The notes under the pieces were generated by a model. It had not been told where the DNA came from. It saw only the letters and a program-made list of their open reading frames with translations, and made no database searches. The translations under genes and the position numbers were made by a program. This document shows, piece after piece, positions 1 through 7,233 of a stretch of DNA of 32,000 nucleotides (positions are counted from its first letter, which is position 1; each line of letters opens with the position of its first letter). Location of the stretch: NCBI RefSeq assembly GCF_003044035.1, contig NZ_NVQC01000023.1:90001-122000 (forward strand). Reading direction: 5' to 3'. This DNA is from Candidatus Methylomirabilis limnetica (lineage in GTDB: Bacteria; Methylomirabilota; Methylomirabilia; Methylomirabilales; Methylomirabilaceae).

Positions 1-62
1 AAAGGTCTTGAATGGCTCGATTCGTGCCTTGCGAGATAATTTATAACCTTCAGCTCAGTTAC
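1..62. repeat. Partial copy (cut by window edge) of the family-A MITE-like intergenic element: core plus one arm
   Basis: Bases 1-50 (ggtcttgaatggctcgattcgtgccttgcgagata...) match the cores at 20488-20530 and, in reverse complement, 27060-27100. A ccttcagc...gttac arm follows. Confidence 0.6.
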
Positions 63-68
63 GGGTGG

Positions 69-177
69 AAAAATCTCCCCCCGACTTAATACATGCCGGG
101 GCAGGCTCTAGCCCCTCTTTTCCAAAGAGGGGGACTATCCGTTTCCCCCTTTGAAAAAGGGGGATTAAGGGGGATTT
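69..177. repeat. Family-C structured repeat: two G/C-run hairpins inside an outer inverted repeat
   Basis: Hairpins are cccctctt/aagagggg (112-132) and tccccctt/aaggggga (144-164). The outer arms are aaaatctcccccc..cttaat and attaagggggatttt. The same architecture recurs at 17024-17119. Confidence 0.65.
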
Positions 178-254
178 TATAAAAACATACCACATTTTAT
201 TTAATGATTTCCCGCCTATCACTGAATGGTTACTTCTTTACGTTCATTTTCGTT

Positions 255-380
255 GAGGGTCGATACCCTGCGGCTTGCCGCGAGTTCGTCATACCGGCGG
301 AAGCCGGTATCCAACAGGGCCGACTGGATTCCCGCATATCCAGTACGGGGCAGGCTTGTCAAGCACGGAATGACAATCAA
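255..380. repeat. Family-B intergenic repeat, reverse orientation relative to the other copies
   Basis: It is the reverse complement of the consensus seen at 4449-4646, 21519-21653 and 29546-29696. It contains the hairpin ataccggcggaagccggtat and the block ccagtacggggcaggc..gtcaagcacggaatgac. Confidence 0.8.
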
Positions 381-468
381 AAGAAAAGGACATCTGGCGC
401 ACTATCCTCGTTTGTCCGTAGGCAGGAACGCAGCACACCTGCCGCATAGGAGGCGCAAGTTCTGTAGC

Positions 469-2784
469 CTAGTGGGCGCGGCTGACCTCAGCCTTGTCCG
501 CTACGTCATCCTCCTTCACGATCGAGCCTCGCTTGCTGAAGAGCACCGACAGCCCCAGGACGGTCACGCAGGTCAAAACGATAATAGACCGAGTGCCAAA
601 CCCAATTTCACGGATGGCCAAGGGTGCGATCAGGATCGCGACCAGGTTCATGACCTTGATCATCGGGTTGATGGCCGGCCCTGCGGTGTCCTTGAACGGA
701 TCGCCGACCGTATCGCCGATGACCGCAGCCTTATGACAGTCAGTTCCTTTGCCGCCGAACAGCCCCTCCTCGATCTTCTTCTTGGCATTGTCCCATGCCC
801 CGCCGGTATTCGCGAGGAACACCGCCATTAGCTGACCGGTGAGAATCGCTCCGGCAAGGAAGCCGCCAAGCGCAGGCGCGCCGAAGGCGAACGCGACCAG
901 GATCGGGCTGACAATCGAGAGGACGCCCGGTCCCAGCAGTTCCTTCTGCGCCGCAGCCGTCACGATCTCCACGCACCGACCGTAGTCGGGCTTCTCCTTA
1001 AACTCCATGATCCCCGGCTTCTCCCGGAACTGCCGACGGACCTCTTCAACCAGAAGAAAGGCCGCCCGGCTCACCGCCTGGATCGCAAAGGAGCAGAAGA
1101 GGAACGGAACCGCCCCACCGATCAGGAACCCGATGAAGACCTCTGGCAGGTTTACCTGGATCCCCGTCTCTAAGAGGTGCGCCTCGTCGATAAAGGAGCG
1201 GAAGAGGGAGACGGCCGCGATGACCGCGGTGGCGATGGCCAGCCCTTTCGTCAGGGCCTTGGTCGTATTGCCGACCGCGTCGAGCTTGGCGACAATCCGA
1301 TGTGCCTCAATTCCAGAGGGCGTCCTGGGGGCGTTCTTCAGCGCGCCAGACATCTCGAAGATGCCGCTGGCGTTGTCGGAAATGGGGCCGAAGGTATCTT
1401 CGGCCAGCACGAAGCCGGTGGTCGCCAGCAGCCCCAGCCCGGCCAGGGCGATCCCATAGGCTGACAGCGAAACGCTCCCACCGAAGATGCTGTATGCGCC
1501 AAAGATAGTTGCGGCGATGGCCAGGATGGCCCACACGCTCGACTCGAGGCCTGCGGCAAACCCGGAGAGGATCAGCGTCGCCGGCCCTGTCCGGCTGGCA
1601 TAGGCAATCTCGGTCACAGGCTTCTTGTCGGTCGCGGTGAAATACTCCGTCAGCCACGAGATCACCAGCGCCAGGGCGATCCCCATCGTATTGGCCAGAA
1701 AGACGCGCCACCAGAGTGTGCCGTACTTCGGGCTCACGATGTCGCCAAGGTAAAAGTAGCTCACAATGAAAAAGCCGACAACCGAACTGAGCGCAGCTAC
1801 CCAGAAGCCGAAGTTGATCGGCTTCATCGGGTTCATGTCGGGATCATCCTTGCCCCGAACGCACCAGGTGCCGAGGATCGAGCCGAAGACACCCACGGCG
1901 CGGATCAAGAGGGGATAGATGATCAGGGCCAGGACGACCTTGGAGGCGCTGGCAGTACCGCCGAACGACTCGACAAAGTCCTTATCCAACATGGCCCCGG
2001 CTCCCAGGATAATCGCCGCCACCAGCGTCACCTCGTACGACTCGAAGACATCGGCAGCCATCCCGGCGCAGTCGCCGACATTGTCGCCCACATTGTCGGC
2101 GATCGTGGCGGCGTTGCGCGGATCATCCTCCGGAATCCCCTTTTCAATCTTGCCGACCAGATCGGCGCCCACGTCAGCCGCCTTGGTGAAGATGCCTCCT
2201 CCCATACGCATGAACAGGGCGGCGAGCGACCCACCAAAGCCAAAGCCAACCAGAATCTTCATCGCATTCTCTTTGAACATCAGGAAGATGATGGTCGCGC
2301 CCAGGAGCCCAAGGCCGACGGTGAACATCCCCGAGACGGTCCCTGCCCTGAAGGCGATTTCCAGCGAGCTCTTGAAGCTATGGAGAGCGGCGGCGGCGGT
2401 TCGCACATTGCCTTTCACGGCCAGCAACATCCCGACGTATCCGGCGCCATAGGAGGCTGCGACTCCCATGAGAAAGGCAAACGCTACGCCAAGAGGTAGG
2501 AGCATCCCTTCATAAAGCGTACGATACATGAAGAAGAGGCCGATTGTGATGGCGATGACGAACCAGATCATCGTCTTAACCTGGCGCGCGAGATAGGCCA
2601 TCGCCCCCTCTTCAATCGCCCTGGCCACATCCTGCATCGCCTGGCTGCCAGGGTCTTCTTGCATCGTCTTTCTTGCCAGGTAGGCCCCATACCCCAGGGA
2701 GATAAAGGCCGAGACCAGGACTAACCAAAGGATCTTCCATTCCTGCGGGCCAAAGGCTGGCAGTGCAACGTTCGCTTCACTCAT
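469..2784 (-). CDS. hppA: Membrane-bound proton-translocating pyrophosphatase, K+-independent subtype
   Basis: 771-aa multi-TM ORF with the signatures DNVGDNVGDCAGMAADVFESY and GDTVGDPFKDTAGPAINPMIKV. GNTTKALTKG has Lys rather than Ala at the K+-dependence position. AGGAGA lies 8 nt upstream of the ATG. Confidence 0.95.
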   Translation of the reverse strand: MSEANVALPAFGPQEWKILWLVLVSAFISLGYGAYLARKTMQEDPGSQAMQDVARAIEEGAMAYLARQVKTMIWFVIAITIGLFFMYRTLYEGMLLPLGVAFAFLMGVAASYGAGYVGMLLAVKGNVRTAAAALHSFKSSLEIAFRAGTVSGMFTVGLGLLGATIIFLMFKENAMKILVGFGFGGSLAALFMRMGGGIFTKAADVGADLVGKIEKGIPEDDPRNAATIADNVGDNVGDCAGMAADVFESYEVTLVAAIILGAGAMLDKDFVESFGGTASASKVVLALIIYPLLIRAVGVFGSILGTWCVRGKDDPDMNPMKPINFGFWVAALSSVVGFFIVSYFYLGDIVSPKYGTLWWRVFLANTMGIALALVISWLTEYFTATDKKPVTEIAYASRTGPATLILSGFAAGLESSVWAILAIAATIFGAYSIFGGSVSLSAYGIALAGLGLLATTGFVLAEDTFGPISDNASGIFEMSGALKNAPRTPSGIEAHRIVAKLDAVGNTTKALTKGLAIATAVIAAVSLFRSFIDEAHLLETGIQVNLPEVFIGFLIGGAVPFLFCSFAIQAVSRAAFLLVEEVRRQFREKPGIMEFKEKPDYGRCVEIVTAAAQKELLGPGVLSIVSPILVAFAFGAPALGGFLAGAILTGQLMAVFLANTGGAWDNAKKKIEEGLFGGKGTDCHKAAVIGDTVGDPFKDTAGPAINPMIKVMNLVAILIAPLAIREIGFGTRSIIVLTCVTVLGLSVLFSKRGSIVKEDDVADKAEVSRAH

Positions 2785-2856
2785 ACAACGTGTCTCCTAT
2801 CATAGGGATCAATGGTCAGTTATTGAGCGTAGTGGATCCAACGCTTCTTTCCAGAT

Positions 2857-2961
2857 TCCGTTCGCCCTGAGCCTGTCTAAGGGTGAAGCATTTCAACGGG
2901 TTGCGTTCATGGGTTCGACAAGCCTGTCCTGAGCCCAGCCGAAGGGCTCACCACGAACGGA
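2857..2961. repeat. Family-D structured repeat (long imperfect palindrome)
   Basis: The outer arms tccgttcgccctgagcc and ggctcaccacgaacgga are complementary. The element shares the blocks cgttcg..tgagcctgtc and ttcgacaagc..cgaacgg with 18666-18752. Confidence 0.6.
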
Positions 2962-2988
2962 TTGTAAAGGCATGCGTGAGACGCTCCA

Positions 2989-4407
2989 CTAGTTACCAAA
3001 GAGGCCGAGCTGGTCCTGATCCTCCTCGGTAAAGGCAACCGGGTAGCAGCCGGTGAAACACGCGTTGCAGAAGCCCCCCCCACCCTGGGTTCCCTTCTCG
3101 GCGGACTGGTGCAATCCTTTCAGGCTCAGGTAGCCCAGGCTGTCGGCGTGAAGGTACCGCCGAATCTCCTCTGCGTCGTGCGTGGAGGCGATGAGCTCCT
3201 TGCGCGTTGGGGTGTCAATCCCGTAGTAACAGGGAAAAATCGTGGGGGGGGAGCTGATCCGTACATGGACCTCCGTAGCCCCGGCCGCCCGTATCATCGA
3301 CACGATCTTCCGACTGGTGGTTCCGCGGATAATAGAGTCGTCCACCACCACGACGCGTTTTCCCTCTAACACCTCACGGATGGCGTTGAGTTTGATCTTA
3401 ACCCCAAAATGCCTGATCGCCTGCTTAGGCTCGATAAAGGTCCGACCGACATAGTGATTGCGGATAAGGCCGTGTTCAAACGGCATGTGGGCCTCTTCGG
3501 CAAAACCAAGCGCTGCCGGAACTCCGGAATCGGGAACAGGAATCACCACGTCGGCCTCGACCGGGTACTCCCGCGCCAATTGTCTGCCAAGCTCTTTACG
3601 AATCCCCGCGACAGACCGACCAAATAAGAAGCTGTCCGGCCTGGCGAAGTAGACATACTCAAAGATACACTGAGACTTCGGTGCGGGTGGGAACGGAGAA
3701 AACGTGTGGACCCCACTTTCATTGATCAGGACGAATTCGCCTGGCTCTATGTCGCGGACGAAATCCGCCTCGATCAAATCGAAAGCGCAACTTTCGGACG
3801 CCAGGACCCACGCCTCACCAAGTTTGCCTAACGAGAGAGGACGAAAGCCGTAGGGATCCCGGATCCCCAGCAACTCGGTATCGTTCATGATGACCAGGGA
3901 GTAGGCACCCCGAACCTGGCTCAGTGCATCGACCGAAGCCTCCAGTAGGTTTGGCTCCCGTGAGCGAGCAATCAGGTGAACGATCACCTCGCTGTCGGTT
4001 GTAGAGTTGAAGATGGACCCTTGCGCCTCGAGATTGTCGCGGGTCTTCTCGGCGTTTGTCAGATTACCATTGTGCGCAAGGGCAAGCTGACCACGTTTGT
4101 AGCCGGCCAGCAGCGGCTGCGCATTCTTGACCTGCGAGGTCCCGGTCGTGGAGTAGCGGACGTGACCTATGGCAATCGCCCCTCTGAGGCGGCGAAGCTT
4201 GGTCTCAGAAAAGACGTCGGCAACCAGCCCCATGGCCTTTTCGAGATGCAGAGACTTACCGTCAGAGGCCGCAATCCCAGCGCTTTCCTGCCCCCTGTGC
4301 TGGAGCGCATACAGAGCCAGGTAGGCGAGGTTGGCGGCCTCCGAATGGCCATAGATCCCCACCACCCCGCACTCCTCGCGAAACTTATCGAACCTCAGCG
4401 TAGACAT
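2989..4407 (-). CDS. purF: Amidophosphoribosyltransferase (glutamine PRPP amidotransferase)
   Basis: 472 aa. A short propeptide is followed by the Ntn Cys (..[12 protein letters not shown]). The PRPP loop is [13 protein letters not shown]. The C-terminal Cys cluster [10 protein letters not shown] is typical of the 4Fe-4S type. Confidence 0.95.
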   Translation of the reverse strand: MSTLRFDKFREECGVVGIYGHSEAANLAYLALYALQHRGQESAGIAASDGKSLHLEKAMGLVADVFSETKLRRLRGAIAIGHVRYSTTGTSQVKNAQPLLAGYKRGQLALAHNGNLTNAEKTRDNLEAQGSIFNSTTDSEVIVHLIARSREPNLLEASVDALSQVRGAYSLVIMNDTELLGIRDPYGFRPLSLGKLGEAWVLASESCAFDLIEADFVRDIEPGEFVLINESGVHTFSPFPPAPKSQCIFEYVYFARPDSFLFGRSVAGIRKELGRQLAREYPVEADVVIPVPDSGVPAALGFAEEAHMPFEHGLIRNHYVGRTFIEPKQAIRHFGVKIKLNAIREVLEGKRVVVVDDSIIRGTTSRKIVSMIRAAGATEVHVRISSPPTIFPCYYGIDTPTRKELIASTHDAEEIRRYLHADSLGYLSLKGLHQSAEKGTQGGGGFCNACFTGCYPVAFTEEDQDQLGLFGN

Positions 4408-4412
4408 AGAAA

Positions 4413-4678
4413 CCAGCTTTCAGCTATCAGCAGCCAGCAATGCACGACTCCGCAGCAAGCTGCGGGGTTTCATCTTCTGTTCTGGCCCGTCATTCCGTAC
4501 TTGACACGCCTGCCCCGTACTTGATACGGCCTGCCCCGTACTCGATACGGGGGGGGAATCCAGCCGGGCCCTCTGGATACCGGCTTCTGCCGGTATGACG
4601 AACTTACGGCAAGCCGCAGGGAATGAACCCCCAGTGGATTCAAGAATCAGCTATTGGAGGCTGACAGCTAATCGCTGC
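4413..4678. repeat. Composite repeat: a family-B element nested between TCAGC-heptad inverted arms
   Basis: The left arm is ccagctt tcagcta tcagcag ccagcaa (4413-4440) and the right arm is ggctgacagctaatcgctgc (4659-4678). The family-B core spans 4449-4646 and has a tandem 21-bp duplication gcctgccccgtact[tc]gatacg (about 4508-4551). The composite fills essentially the whole purF-aminotransferase gap. Confidence 0.7.
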
Positions 4679-4681
4679 TTT

Positions 4682-5848
4682 TTACAGCACTCGCTTGAGG
4701 CCATGAATGGCCTGGCGGGTCCGGTGTTCGTTTTCCACCAGGGCGAATCGCACATACTCGTCCCCGTACTGTCCGAATCCGATCCCCGGGGACACGGCAA
4801 CCTTCGCCTTGTCGAGGAGGAACTTCGAAAATTCCAGAGACCCCATGGTCCGGTACGACTCAGGGATCTTTGCCCAGACAAACATGGTTCCCTTCGGCTT
4901 CGACAGATTCCACCCGATCCGGTTCAGCCCATCTACCAGCGCATCGCGCCGCGTCCGGTAGATCTCAACCGTCTGCCCCACGCATTCCTGCGGGCCGTTC
5001 AGCGCGACGATCGCCGCGATCTGGATCGGCTGGAACATCCCGTAATCCAGGTAGCTCTTGAGCCGCGTGAGGGCTGCGATGATCCGCGGATTGCCAACAC
5101 AGAAACCGACCCGCCAGCCCGGCATGTTGTAGCTCTTGGAGAGCGTAAAGAACTCCACCCCGATCTCCTTTGCCCCAGGTACTTGCAAGAGGCTTGGTGC
5201 CTGATAGCCATCAAAGGTCAGGTCCGCGTAGGCAAGATCGTGGATCAGGATCAGGTGGTGCTCCTGAGCGAACGCCACCACCTTTTCGAAAAAGGCGAGG
5301 TCCACGGTAGCGGTGGTGGGGTTGTGGGGAAAGCTCAGGATCAGCAGCTTGGGCGGTGGCCAGCTCTCCCGATGAGCAGCCATCAGCGCCCCATAGAAGT
5401 CGGTGCCCTCTTCAAGACGAACGCTGCGGACGTCCCCCCCGGCGATGATCACGGAGTAAGGGTGGATCGGGTAGGTCGGACTTGGCACCAATGCAACATC
5501 CCCGGGTTCCACTACCGCCAAGGCCAGATGCGAAAGTCCCTCCTTGGCGCCGATGGTCGCAATCGCCTCCCGCTCGGGATCGATCTCAACCCCATATCGC
5601 CGCCGATACCAATCAGCGATGGCCAGCCGGAGTTTCGTAATCCCGCGCGATGCGGAGTACCGATGATTCCGAGGGTTCCTGGCTGCCTCACAGAGCTTCT
5701 CGACGATGTGTGGAGGGGTTGGCAGGTCGGGGTTGCCCATCCCGAAGTCGATAATGTCATCGCCACGAGCGCGCGCCTTGACCTTCAGCTCATTCACGAT
5801 ATTAAAGACATACGGGGGCAACCGACTGATTCGGTGGAACTCCTCCAT
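4682..5848 (-). CDS. PLP-dependent class I/II aminotransferase (alanine/aspartate aminotransferase-like)
   Basis: 388 aa with N-terminal [18 protein letters not shown] and the PLP-lysine context [16 protein letters not shown]. These are typical of AlaC/AspC-like enzymes. Substrate was not assigned. Confidence 0.9.
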   Translation of the reverse strand: MEEFHRISRLPPYVFNIVNELKVKARARGDDIIDFGMGNPDLPTPPHIVEKLCEAARNPRNHRYSASRGITKLRLAIADWYRRRYGVEIDPEREAIATIGAKEGLSHLALAVVEPGDVALVPSPTYPIHPYSVIIAGGDVRSVRLEEGTDFYGALMAAHRESWPPPKLLILSFPHNPTTATVDLAFFEKVVAFAQEHHLILIHDLAYADLTFDGYQAPSLLQVPGAKEIGVEFFTLSKSYNMPGWRVGFCVGNPRIIAALTRLKSYLDYGMFQPIQIAAIVALNGPQECVGQTVEIYRTRRDALVDGLNRIGWNLSKPKGTMFVWAKIPESYRTMGSLEFSKFLLDKAKVAVSPGIGFGQYGDEYVRFALVENEHRTRQAIHGLKRVL

Positions 5849-5924
5849 CTGCGCTCCTTTTGGTCACCGTGGCGACCGCTCATCTCTATGGAAAACTCGC
5901 CCTCACGCTACCAAAAGGAGCTAA

Positions 5925-6035
5925 TACTGTCAATATGAAAGAGGGCCTGTGCGGGTTCATGGTAGTCTGCGGGTGACTCCGGCGATGGCGGCGGGAATTG
6001 CGGATCAAGCGTGGGGAGTCGCTGATCTATTAGGG
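5925..6035 (+). pseudogene. Possible remnant of a transposase/mobile-element protein C-terminus
   Basis: A start-less open frame reads ..RGPVRVHGSLRVTPAMAAGIADQAWGVADLLGG. From memory, the TPAMAAG-x-D-x-W-x-x-x-L pattern occurs at the extreme C-terminus of several IS-encoded proteins. No upstream coding part is present. Confidence 0.3.
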
Positions 6036-6057
6036 GGGATAAAGTGGACCAGAAGAG

Positions 6058-6309
6058 CTACCGAAGAAGAGGCAAATGCCTTTTCGCGCACTCCAACTCA
6101 ATTCCAAGTAGACGGGTCATCTGTCTGACGTGTCCAATTTGAATTACGGGATCCCGTCCCCCGTGTTCACCGGTTGGCAATCCGCGAAAAACAAGCCCAT
6201 TGTGATAAACCCAAAAATGATGCTTTTTCCGTTCGTATCTGAAGCCTGGGGCACAGGCAGTGAGCATTGCCAAGACGTTCTTAAACTCTACCTGCCCGAA
6301 CGATGACAA
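6058..6309 (-). CDS. Small HicA-like (putative mRNA interferase toxin) protein
   Basis: 83 aa. The pattern F..V..ML...GF...RKKHHFWVYH....V.GLP.G......I..G.VRQM.R.LGI resembles the HicA layout k..l...G....r.GSHh....p......vP.H....l..G.l..I.....gl. It starts 11 nt after the upstream 157-aa ORF. Confidence 0.4.
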   Translation of the reverse strand: MSSFGQVEFKNVLAMLTACAPGFRYERKKHHFWVYHNGLVFRGLPTGEHGGRDPVIQIGHVRQMTRLLGIELECAKRHLPLLR

Positions 6310-6320
6310 AGACCACCACG

Positions 6321-6794
6321 CTAGGCGGCTACGGCCATCTGCGGCTCTAAAACGTTATCCTTCGGGTTGAAGACACGCAACAGCTTCACCTGTACGGAAC
6401 GTGGGGAATTGGCGGGCCTTTTCTGGAGACCCTTAGAAAGAGCCTCAGCCGTGATCTTTCCAGCGCGAACATCAAGAACAGCGGCATGCCATTCTTCCTC
6501 TGTTGGACAATTTATCCCCTTGAAGAATCGACCCACTTCCGCCTTGAACGAATTGAAGTCCTTAGCGTCTTCGGCAATATCGAACAGAATGACGGTGAAT
6601 GCTTTTCGAAACTCGCGCTGCGCCTCCATGAATGTGGCACCTCCCGCCGACAAGTCGCCAGGCTGGACGCCATACATCCACCAACCGTCAGATTCCTCGA
6701 CCGCTAAGCCGCGACCATGAACGGTAATACCTGCCAAAAAGCCCTCTCCCGATACCTTATCCTGAAAAGTGAACAGCAAAGGATACTGATTCAT
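6321..6794 (-). CDS. Putative HicB-like antitoxin partner / hypothetical protein
   Basis: 157 aa. The segment GWWMYGVQPGDLSAGGATFMEAQREFRKAFTVILFDIAED resembles the HicB N-terminal domain (..G.f.v.fPdlpGc.t.G.t.eEA...a.eal...l). No recognisable HTH or RHH tail is present. It is tightly linked to the HicA-like ORF. Confidence 0.35.
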   Translation of the reverse strand: MNQYPLLFTFQDKVSGEGFLAGITVHGRGLAVEESDGWWMYGVQPGDLSAGGATFMEAQREFRKAFTVILFDIAEDAKDFNSFKAEVGRFFKGINCPTEEEWHAAVLDVRAGKITAEALSKGLQKRPANSPRSVQVKLLRVFNPKDNVLEPQMAVAA

Positions 6795-6851
6795 GCGATA
6801 CCCTCATTGCTCAAACATTGATTGGTATATCTCTTAATTGCGATTTTTTAT

Positions 6852-6877
6852 AGTATACCCCCAGACGACGCTGTCAA
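6852..6877 (-). promoter_or_regulatory. Sigma70-like promoter for the hicB/hicA-like pair
   Basis: On the minus strand there is TTGACA (6877-6872), then TATACT (spacer 14) or TACTAT (spacer 16). It lies in an AT-rich tract about 60 nt upstream of the ATG at 6794. Confidence 0.35.
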
Positions 6878-7023
6878 GAAAAATGTTATCTACAAGTTAA
6901 ATATGCTACCCCATAAGGTATTAACCAACATCCATGCCATGAGCAAAATCAGCCCAATCAAATTAGGACACTACCGAGGGCCTGAAGTAGGCCGCCGCGA
7001 AGCCTGATGTCCCGACGCGAAAG

Positions 7024-7226
7024 CTACATCCGTTCGGGAGCGGAGACGCCAAGCAACCCAAGCGTGTTGGCCATGACCACGCGAAGGGCGGCCACAAGCG
7101 CCAGGCGTGCATGCGCGAGATTCCTATCGGCGGAGATAATCCGATGGCGGGTATATGGTAGCCGTGAAACTGCGCGGCGAGGTCGTGCAGATAGATGGTG
7201 AGCCTGTGCGGCTCCAGCACCTCTGC
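7024..7226 (-). pseudogene. Orphan, frameshifted duplicate of the argS 3' end (left direct repeat of the island)
   Basis: It aligns base-for-base with 15340-15540, beginning exactly at the argS stop codon. By hand there are about 15 substitutions plus a 2-nt insertion (ggtatatggtagcc versus ggtatagtagcc). It translates as ..EPHRLTIYLHDLAAQFHGY and then goes out of frame. Confidence 0.85.
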
Positions 7227-7233
7227 AATTCGG

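Noticed and set aside
381-468. Possible intrinsic terminator downstream of hppA (hairpin GGCAGG..CCTGCC at about 421-443)
   Set aside because: The stem is short (6 bp) and the U-run is about 40 nt from the hairpin. This is not convincing enough to annotate.
226-831. 201-aa plus-strand ORF, plus the 81-aa ORF at 204-449
   Set aside because: The N-terminal half is translated from a family-B repeat (..PVSNRADWIPAYPVRGRLVKHGMT..). The remainder is antisense to hppA.
4595-5938. 447-aa plus-strand ORF, the longest plus-strand ORF in the first half of the window
   Set aside because: It lies exactly antisense to the well-supported aminotransferase gene (4682-5848). It begins inside a family-B repeat. 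Its Arg/Pro/Gly-rich composition is typical of a shadow ORF in GC-rich DNA, and it has no recognisable motifs.
6963-7220. 85-aa minus-strand ORF
   Set aside because: It is not an independent gene. Its first ~22 residues are the frameshifted copy of the ArgRS C-terminus and the rest is out-of-frame read-through. I annotated it as a pseudogene fragment and direct repeat instead.
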